From the human T2T-CHM13v2.0 reference genome, Homo sapiens, in the NCBI RefSeq assembly GCF_009914755.1, contig NC_060931.1: DNA of 64,000 nucleotides. One strand, given 5' to 3'. Under the pieces are notes generated by a model that was not told the DNA's origin, searched no databases, and saw nothing but the letters and a program-made list of their open reading frames with translations. This document shows positions 53,800 through 64,000 of this stretch, piece after piece. Within the stretch, counting starts at the first letter, position 1. Every line of letters begins with the position of its first letter. Both the position numbers and the translations under genes were made by a program.

Positions 53800-54412
53800 T
53801 AAAATCAGTACTTTTTAATGGAAACAACTTGACCAAAAATCTGTCACAGAATTTTTAGACCCATTAAAACAAAGTTTAGTGAGAAAAAAAAATAGTAGAA
53901 ACCTCAACTTATAAGTAATTGCTTATTGTAAACCATACACAATTGATTCCTAATTTATCAAAAAGTGTGTGGCCAGTTTTTTAAGTCAACTGTTTGGAAC
54001 TCAGAATTTCCTACAGAAATTGCTTTATACATAGTGATCAATTCATAACCCATCAGAGAAATATCCATATCCTTCAATCAGGTACCAAAAGAATCCATTT
54101 GCCACACTCCTTTAAGGGCAATGATTTAGAGTTTTGACTTGGTCTTGCAAAAGGACCCTGAAGCAGGATCTTAGCTTGCCATTTTATTCTGCATTTCCGT
54201 AAAAACACAAGGTAAATGGGATAGGAAGGCGTCTGAAGATACATTGGAAAGAAATGGAATCAAAGGGGATAAGAAATGGCAGAAAAGGAAAATGTTTTTG
54301 GAGGAGTTAGATGAGCTGAATAAGGACACTTCAGGTTATAGCGGCCTCTGTCTCATCTATTGTTTTTGGTTTTTGATGGTTCAGAATTTTTGGGATAGGA
54401 GAGATGGTGCTC

Positions 54413-54775
54413 TAAAGCTGTGCGGTCCAATTTGGTAGCCACGAGACACATGTGGTTATTTAAATTTGAATTAATTAAAATTAAATACAACTAAAATTTA
54501 TTTCCTCAGTTGCACTACTACATTTCAACTACTCAATGCTACGTTTGTTTTGTGACTACCATATTGGACAGCAGAGATACAGAACATTTTCATCACTATA
54601 GAAGATGTATTAGGTAAAGAAGCCAACAGTAAGTATTTTAGGCTTAGTGGGCCATGATCTGTGTCTCATATTCCCCTTTTTTCCACAACCTTTACAAATA
54701 TTAGAAACATTATTAGCTCATGAATTGTACAATAAAAAATTAGAGGCTAGTCACCGTTGGTTAAACCCTGTTCTG
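54413..54775. mobile_element. MER3-like followed by MER58-like hAT-Charlie MITEs
   Basis: GCTGTGCGGTCCAATTTGGTAGCCAC...CATATTGGACAGCA, then AGTAAGTATTTTAGGCTTAGTGGGCCA. Confidence 0.65.
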
Positions 54776-56538
54776 GAACATCTCATCCTTTTCCTCTAAT
54801 GAAGAGCAGGTTAGGAGGTCAGAGGTACATTCATGATTACAGAGGTTTTCTTGATCCTAAAATGGGTACTTATGCCTCACGTTGAAATTTCAGCAAGAAT
54901 AGGAGCATGATCCTTTCTACCTCTGCTAAGAACTGTGATTGGTCTATAGATTTCCTCTACCAAGCCCTGGTGAGCAGGGCCGTATTTTTAATCTCAGTGC
55001 TCATGGATGGTGTTACCTGAGAAAATGTATTACAATGTGATTGCTTTGGAAGCATCAGTCTTTTTGTCCATGGCATTTTCAGATGAATAAATTACTAAAA
55101 ATACATATTGATGAAAGATTCACATGCTCTGTTATAATATCATTATAATTAATCTAAAAAGGCATTCTCTATTTAATGCAATGAAGTGGAACATCTTATA
55201 GGGTATTTATGCTCATTTAAAAAGATATTTTATATTTATAGTGAGAGTTTAAATTTACGTGTATATTTTGCATCATAAAAATGTGATCATTGCTACTATT
55301 CTTCTATTACTAAAGTTCTAAATATTTTATATTTCTCCTTTAGCTATCACCACTGGTAATAGTAAATATGAAGTTTCTAATCTTAATTTTGCTTTAAAAA
55401 CAGAAAAGAAAAATTTAGAAAAATTATCTAAAATATTTATACATTCAGTTCAACAAGATTTGTTAAATATTAGCTATGTGGCAAACACTATGCTAATAAG
55501 TAGTATAGTATTATATGTATATTAGTTTGGAGCATAAAATAATTCAACTGTGATTTGACTTATCTCAATAACACATGATGTGTTTGTAAAGTGTTTAAGC
55601 ACTGTTGGGTGTTTGTCATTCACTACATAGTTTATTCCTCACAAAAATCTCATGGAGAAGACACTATTATTACACCCATTTTAGAAATGAGGCACATTTG
55701 CTTACTTCTGCCAGGATCATCTTTTCTACTACTATATGATCCAGAAAAATGCAATAATATATGTGAAAACATCAAGCAGTGCCTAGTTCATGATAAAAAC
55801 TCAAGTATTAAAACTCAAAGCAGTGTGACAGTAGAATATAGTAGTTAGGACTGTAGGCTCCGGAATCAGACTGTGGTTTCAAATGCACTCCAATGCCAAA
55901 ACCAGACAATGACATTATAAAAGAGGAAAACTACAGACCAGTATCGCATGAATACAGTGCAACTATCCTCAGCAAAATATTAGCGGATAAAATAAAAGTA
56001 ATTATACACTATGACCAAGTGGGAATTATCCTAGGTATGCAAGACTGGTTTGACATTTGAAAATTAATTAATGTAATTCGTCACATTAACAGGTTAAAGA
56101 AGAAAAATCACATAATCATAACAATAGATGTAGAAAAAGTATTTGAAAAAATTGAACACTCATTTATGGTAAAAACTCTACAAACTAGAAATATTGGTGG
56201 ACTTCCTCAATCTGCTAAAGAACATTTACAAAAAAACCTATGGCTAGTATCACACTTAACAGTGACAAACTAGAAGCTTTCTCTCTAAGATTAGGAGTAA
56301 AGCAAGAACATATCCTCTCACTACTCATATTCCATATTGCACTGGAAGTCCCAGCTAATGCAATAAAACAACAAAAAGAAAGCAAAGAAAAAAGGAAGTA
56401 AAAAGTGCACAAATTGGGAAGGAAAAAATAAAATTATCTCTATTCACATATATCATTATTTATATAGAAAATCCCAAAGAATCAACAAACAAGCCTTAGA
56501 ACTTATAAGTGATTATAGCAGATTTGCAGGATACAAGG

Positions 56539-56838
56539 TGATATGGTTTAGCTGTGTCCCACCAGATCTCAACTTGAATTGTATCTCCCAGAATTCCCAT
56601 GTGTTGTGGGAGGGACCCAGGGGGAGGCAATTGAATCATGGGAGCCAGTCTTTCCCATGTTATTCCTGTGATAGTGAATAAGTCTCACAAGATCTCATGG
56701 GTTTATCAGGGGTTTCTGCTTTTGCTTATCTCTCATTTTCTCTTGCTGCCACCATGTAAGAAGTGCCTTTCACCTCTCGCCATGATTCTGAGGCCTCCCC
56801 AGCAAGGTGGAACTGTAAGTCCAATTAAATCTCCTTTT
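56539..56838 (+). mobile_element. THE1B-like LTR, 3'-truncated
   Basis: TGATATGGTTTAGCTGTGTCCC...GAACTGTAAGTCCAATTAAATCTC, then L1 resumes. Confidence 0.88.
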
Positions 56839-58161
56839 GTTAACATACAAAAGTCAGTTGCTTTCCTATATACAAGCAGTGAATGACTGCATTTGAAATA
56901 TAAAACACAAAGTCATTTATATGAAAATTAAAAACCACACAAAATATTTTTTCCAAAAATGAAATAGGTATGAATTTATCAAAAACATAGAAAACTGTCT
57001 GAGAAAAATTATAAAACTCTGATTAAAAATCAGACAATTTAAATAAATGAAAATATTCCCTGTTAATGTGTAGAAAGATTCAATATTCTTAAGATGTCAG
57101 TTCTTCCTACCTTAGTCTACAGAGTCAATGCATCCCAATCAAAATCTTAGAAAATTATTTTGTGGATGTTGACAAACTGATTTGAAAGTTGAAACAGAAA
57201 TGCAAAAGACAAGGAATAACCAAAACAATATCAAACAGAAATAGTTGGAGGATTGATTCTACCTGACTTCAAGACTTAATATAATGGTATAGTAAGTAAT
57301 AGAGACAATGTGATATTGGCAAAATAGACAAATAGGTGAATAGCACAGAATAGAGAAACTAGATATAGACCCAGTTAATACAAATGAGGACAACTGATCC
57401 TTGACAAAGGAGCAAACACAACTTCTTGCAAAAATCATAGTCTTTAAAAAAAGGTAGTCTATTCACACACAAAAACTGAACATAGACTCAAACCTTATGT
57501 TTTTAGCAAAAATTAACTAAAAACAGATCATAGATCTAAGTGTAAAACAAACAAACTATAAAGCTGCTAGAAGATAATATGGAAGAAAATCTAGGTGATC
57601 TTGTGTTTAGTGATGACTTTTTAGATACAAACCAAAAACATAATCAAAAAAATACAAAAATAATAAGTTGGGCTTCATTAAAATTAAAGCCTTCTGATCT
57701 GCAAAATATACTATTAAGAAAATTAAAAGATACAAACTTGGAGAAAAACCTTTGCAAAACAAATATCTGCTAAAGGACTCATATCCAAAATAGACAAAGA
57801 ATGCTTAAAACTTAACGATAAGAAAACAAGCTATCCGATTAAAAAAAACAGGCAAATTATGAGAACAGACAACTCAACAAAGAAGATATACAGATGGCAA
57901 ATAGGGTGACATGATGCTCAATATCATGCTTAAGGGAATTGCGAATGAAAACAGCAATAAGATACCACTACACACCTACTAGAATAACTACAATCCAGTA
58001 CCCTGACAACACCAAATGCTGATGAGCATGTGGGGCAACAGGAACTCTCATTGTTTGTGGGAATTTAATATGGTATAGCCACTTTGAAAGACAATCTGGC
58101 AAATTTTTTCCCCCAAAATGAAGCTAAGCATTGTCTTACCACACAGTCTAGCTATTGCATT

Positions 58162-58625
58162 TGTTGAGGGTTAATTTGTGTCTCCCCAGAAAGGTATGTT
58201 GAAGTCCTAAGTACCTTAGAATATGATCTTGTTTAGAAATAAGATCTTTACTGAGGTTACCAAGTTAAAATGAGGTCATTTGGGTCAGCCCTAATTCAAC
58301 ATAACTAATGTCCTTATAAAAATGGAAAGTTTGTACACAGACACAGACATGCACAAGGGAAAGACTATGTGATGACACGGGGGAGAACTCCATGTAAAAT
58401 GAAGGCAGAGATTAGCATCTGCAAGCCAAGGAACACTAAAGATTGCTGCTAATTCTCTAGACACTATTAGATAAGCATGATTATGGCCATAAGAAAAAAA
58501 ACCTGTGCTGCTGACATCTTGACTTCAGACTCCTACCCTCCACAACTGTGACACAATACATTTCTATTGCTTTAAGCCTCTCAGTTTGTAATATTTTGTT
58601 ATGGCAGCCATAGAAAACTAATACA
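58162..58625 (+). mobile_element. MLT1C-like MaLR solo LTR
   Basis: TGTTGAGGGTTAATTTGTGTCTCCCC...GCAAGCCAAGGAACAC...GGCAGCCATAGAAAACTAATACA; 464 bp. Confidence 0.82.
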
Positions 58626-59247
58626 GAACTCCTGGATACATATCTTAGCAGCTTTATTCATAATTGCCACAACTTGAAAACAAGCAAAATGCCCTTCCAT
58701 TGGTAATAGAACAATGCAATGGAATATTATTCAATGATTTTCAAAAATGGATATCCAGCCATGAAAAGACATGGAAGCACCTTAAATGCATATTACTTAG
58801 TGAGAGAAGCCAGTCTGAAAAGACTAAATATTGTATGATTCCAACTATATTATATTTTGAAAAAAGCAAAACTATAGAGACAGTAAAATGATCACTGGTT
58901 TCTAGGGATTTGGCAGGAAGGACGAACATGTGAAGCACAGGTAATTTTTAAGACAGTGAAACTATTCTGTGTAATACATTAATAGCAGATACATGATATT
59001 ATGCATGCATTAAATCCCAGGCAACTGTACAACTCAAAAGTAAACCCTAATGTAAACTAAGTGTTTTAGTTAATAGTTATGTATCATCAACTGTAACAAA
59101 TGTACCATACTATTGTAAGATTTTAATAACAGGCAAAGCTATGTGCAGGGGAGAAAGGAGATGTAACAAGAGGGTATAATGTCACTTTCTGTACTTTCTG
59201 TTCAATTTTCTGTAAACCTTAAACCGCTCTAAAAACTAAGTATTTTA

Positions 59248-59358
59248 GTTTTAAATTTTTATTTTGTTTTAAATTGATGCATAGTTGTACATATTTACGG
59301 GGTACAGTGTGAAGTTTCAATCATGTATGCATGGCATAGTAATTAAATCAGGGTAGTT
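59248..59358 (-). mobile_element. Short L1MA 3' end fragment
   Basis: TTGTACATATTTACGGGGTACAGTGTG...AAATCAGGGTAGTTA. Confidence 0.7.
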
Positions 59359-59389
59359 AAAAAAACTGAAGTCTACTAATTAAAGTAAA

Positions 59390-59570
59390 ATGTAATCCAA
59401 CATTTACTAGCTGTGTGTCCTTGAATGATTTGTCTTTCTGGTAACTTGGTTTTCTCCTCTGTAAAAAGGGACTAATAACAGAACAACAACCTTATAGAGT
59501 TGTGAGAATCAAATGCAATAATACAGGTAAAACACTTAGCACAATGCCTTGTACTTATAAGTACTCAAGC
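59390..59570 (+). mobile_element. MIR SINE relic (probable other half at ~55820-55885)
   Basis: TTTACTAGCTGTGTGTCCTTG...CTCTGTAAAAAGGGACTAATAACAG...AAAACACTTAGCACAATGCCT. Confidence 0.7.
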
Positions 59571-61376
59571 GTGTTTTAAAGAGAAAGAAGAATTTTATAG
59601 GTCACATACTAGCATCTATTTTTAAAGTGGAAGTTTTTGAAATAGCTAGATACTGGCCAATTAGTACTTTAATATATAGTATGAAGTCTAATTTCATTAC
59701 ATTTCACACTGGGCTTGTTTGTGACTGGTACATAGTGTTGAAACAGTCATCCAAAATTAGAGAATTTACTCTTGGTAATGTGCATTTTCTTAAACAAGGT
59801 TTAAATGATCTTATACAGCTCCTAACATTATGCAGCAGATGTGAACAATGTACCAAGTGGAGTTACTATGACAGACAACTATGAATGCAACTTAAATGCC
59901 TTATCTTCAGTGCTCTATTAAAATAATCCTGTTTGGACAAACAGAAGTTTAGAATCATATTAGGGTACATATAAGATCTCTAGGGACATTTAATAATGAC
60001 TTACATATTCTTCTTTTATTAGAAATCTTGTCTTTACTAGCAGGTGAGGTTGAAAATCAGCATTCTGTTGTCTAATTCAATTTTCAAAGCTGGCAACATA
60101 GAGCTCATAGGCTGGTAGTGGTATTTGTAAATTAAGGAACCCTTTAATCTTCACTGACAGAGATTTATGAAACATTGTTTTAAATTTATGCTTCATGTGG
60201 TAAAGCAAATTGAGTCTGTTTTATAGACAAAAGCAAATTGAGGAAACCCATAGATGACTTTGGCCACAGAAGGGTATAAATGATCTTTAACTAAATTTTG
60301 TCAGTACTATGTGTTGAGCTATTTAAATAAAACATGTTTTTGACATTTATTGCAAAATAATACTTTTTTCTAGACTCCTGCATTCAGTGGAGTATAAAAT
60401 GAATCATTAAGGGAATTAGTAATCCTTCTCTTGACATGAATTGCATTATCTGAGGATGTGAAAATCTGAATGTTTTTTTCTAAGTAAATTATTGTGAAAA
60501 GGTATCCAAAACTATTATGATGAATTTAAGGTACGCCAAAACATTACACGACCCACATGCATAATTGCTAGGCAAATTTACTGCCATTGTTTAGGATTTT
60601 TATGTATATTCATTCCCTTGGGTGTAATCCCATGTAGAGTCAAGGTAAGTAAATCATTCTGATGGTGGTGCCTGCTTATAGAAATAGAACAGGTCTCACA
60701 GAGCATGAGGCTTTCTGGTGGACACCCTGCCACCAGCACTGGCATTGTTATTATTATTCTCCTGTAGAAAAACAAGAAGGCCATCCATTATGAACAAAGC
60801 TCTGCAGTAGGAAGAAAAATATATGTGTTGTTAGACTCCAAGGAACATAACATTTAATGAGCAAAAGAGGCTAATGTGTATATGTGTATAAACATGAAAA
60901 CACAGACAATCAGCCACAAGATTAAGTAGCAGGAGGTATGAAAGATGAAGCATGGGTAAAATATTTTTCTTTAAAACAAACAACACTGTAACTGTATCCA
61001 GAAAAATTATCTGATAATATTAGCAATACAATCAGTGTGACACTCAAATTTTTATATATGTATATATGTGTGTGTGTGTATATACATATATATAGCAAAT
61101 GCCATTTATACAATTTCAATTGAATAATTTAAATATGAATTATTTTGGCTACTGCTAACTGGGGAGGGGATAATAGACCTTTGATATCAGTTCTTTCATT
61201 TCTGAAAAATGTTACTCTAGATAAACCTAAACTAAAACACTGTAATATGTATTTATGTTATTTACATTGAACTATAGTGACCCTGACATGCATCGTAGAT
61301 AGCCTTCCCTCCTAGCTACATAATTTAAGTGACATGCCATGTCTCTATGTCAAGATACCACCAGCAGAGATGTTAG

Positions 61377-61830
<454 letters not shown>

Positions 61831-61995
61831 TTTCCTTATTTTTTATGTTCTTTCTTAACATGCTTTGAATTTCTTTTCTAACTCGTGGTAGATTAGTGAT
61901 CATTTCCTAATCTAACTTTTAATTTCCTGCCCTGGTTTGATGAAATGGACTGAATTTTTTAGTAGTTACCTTTGCATTCCTTTAATCCTCAGTTT

Positions 61996-64000
61996 AAAAA
62001 ATACATGGAGTGGACGAATGAATTAGGAAACAAAGCCCAGTGATCTACTGCCTACAAGAAACATACTTCACCTATAAAGACACACATAGACTGAAAATAA
62101 AGGCATGAGAAAAGATATTCCATGCAAACAAAACCCAAAAAACAGCAGGAGTAGTTACATTTTTATCAGAGAAAACACATTTCAGGAAAGAAACTATAAG
62201 AAGCAACAGAGAAGGTCATTATGTAATGATAAAAGGGCCAACTCAGCAGCAGATATAATAATTTTAAATATATACATCTAACACTTGAGCACCTAGATAT
62301 ATAAAGCAAATATTATTAGAGCTAAAGAGAGAGAGAGATTCCAATACAAAAATAGCTGGTAACTTCAACATCCCACTTTCAGCATTTGACAGCTCTTCCA
62401 GGCAGAAAATCAAAAAAAGAAACATCAGACTTAATCTGCACTATAGAACAAGTGGACTTAGTAGATATTTATAGAGTGTTTCACCCAATGGCTGCAGAAT
62501 ACTCATTCTTTTCCTCAGTACATGGGTCATTACCAAGGATAGGCCATATGTTTGGTCACAAAACAAATCTTAAAAAATTCAAAAAAGTTGAAATAATATC
62601 AAGCATCTTCTCTGACCATGATGGAAAAAAACTAGAAGCCAATAACAAGAGGAATTTTGGAAATTATACAAACAAATGGAAATTAAACAATATGCTGCTG
62701 AATGACCAATGGGTCAATGAAGAAATTTAGAAGGAAATTTAAAAATTTCTTCAAGCAAATGATAATGAAAACACAATATAGTAAACCCTATGGGATACAG
62801 GAAAAGCAGTACTAAGTGGGAAGTTTATAGCTGTAAGTGCCTACATCAAAAAACAAGAACAACTTTAGATAAACAACATAATGACACATCTTAAAGAACT
62901 AAAAAAGCAAGAGGAAACCAAACCCAAAATTAGTAGGAGAAGAGAAATAATAATGATTAAAGCAGAAATAAATAAATTTGAAGTGAATAAAACAGTACAA
63001 AATATCAATGAAACAAAAAGTTGTTTTTTTTTTTTGGAAAGAGTAACAAAATTGATGAAACCTTAGGCAGACTAAGAGAAAAAGGGAAAAAACTCAAATA
63101 AATAAAATCAGAGATAAAAACTGAGACATTACAACCATTACCACAGAAATTTAGAGGATCCTTAGTGGCTACTATATGCCAATAAATTGAAAAATCTAGA
63201 AAAAAATGGATAATTTCTTCACACATACAATCTACCAAGATTGAATCATGAAGAAATCCAAAATCTGAACAGACCAATAACAAGTAATGAGATTGAAACT
63301 ATAATATAAAAAGTCTCCCAGAGCAAGAGCAAGAAAAACCCAGCATCTGATGGCTTCACTGCTGAGTTCTACAAAACTTTAAAAGATGAACTAGTATCAA
63401 TCCTACTCAAACTCTTAAAAATAAATGAGCAGGGAATACTTCCAAACTAATTCTTCAAGGCCAGCATTATCCTGATACTAAAACCAGAGAAAGGTACATT
63501 TAAAAAATGAAAAACTACAGGCCAATATCACTGATGAATATTGATGTAAAAATCCTCAACAAAATATTAGCAAACCAAACTCAACAACACATTAAACAGA
63601 TCAGTCATTATGACCAAGTGGAATTTATTATAGGGATGCAAAGATCATTCAACATATGCAAATCAAATCAAACAGTGTGATGCGTTATATCAACAGAATG
63701 AAGGAAAAAATCATATGATCATTTCAATTGATGCCAAAAAGCATTTCATAAAATTTAATATCCCTTCATAATAAAAAAACTCTTATAAAACTGTCTATAG
63801 AAGGAACATACCTCAACATAATAAAATCCATATACAACAGAGCCACAACTAGTATCATACTGAATGGGGAAAAACTGAAAGCCTTTCCTCTAAGATCAGG
63901 AACATGACATAGATGTACAATTTCAAACTGTTATTCAACATAGTACTGGAAGTCCTAGCTAGAGCAATCAGACAAGAGAAAAAAATAAAAGGCATCCAAA
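61996..64000 (+). mobile_element. Old LINE-1 (L1MA/L1PB-like) ORF2 endonuclease-to-RT region, runs off the window
   Basis: EN-domain peptide IISSIFSDHDGKKLE...WKLNNMLLNDQWVNEEI (ORF 62386-62730); many stops. Confidence 0.9.

Larger units (their letters stand above)
55885..59245 (+). mobile_element. Old L1M (L1MC-like) 3' half, interrupted by THE1 and MLT1 LTRs
   Basis: Degenerate ORF2 from GAAAACTACAGACC; 3'UTR ending CTGTAAACCTTAAACCGCTCTAAAAA. Confidence 0.85.

Overview
AT-rich primate (most likely human) genomic DNA dominated by interspersed repeats. I found no intact protein-coding gene, RNA gene or prokaryotic-type system. Two processed pseudogenes are recognisable from their translations: a minus-strand PQLC1/SLC66A2 retrocopy (~22320-23504) that splits a Tigger2a DNA transposon, and a full-length plus-strand EEF1A1 retrocopy (51586-53887) with target-site duplications (TSDs) and two Alus inserted at one site in its 3'UTR. 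The rest is LINE-1 (one near full-length old primate L1, two L1PA copies with twin-priming inversions, several fragments), Alu, MaLR/ERV LTRs, Tigger and hAT DNA transposons, MIR/L2 relics and micro/minisatellites. From memory only, this pseudogene pair resembles PQLC1P1 and EEF1A1P28 at human 7q21.13; that is unverified. Repeat subfamily names come from recalled consensus sequences, and boundaries of old elements are approximate. I cannot support a new biological system here. The findings are mainly retrotransposition-mechanism oddities, local duplications and one candidate regulatory region.
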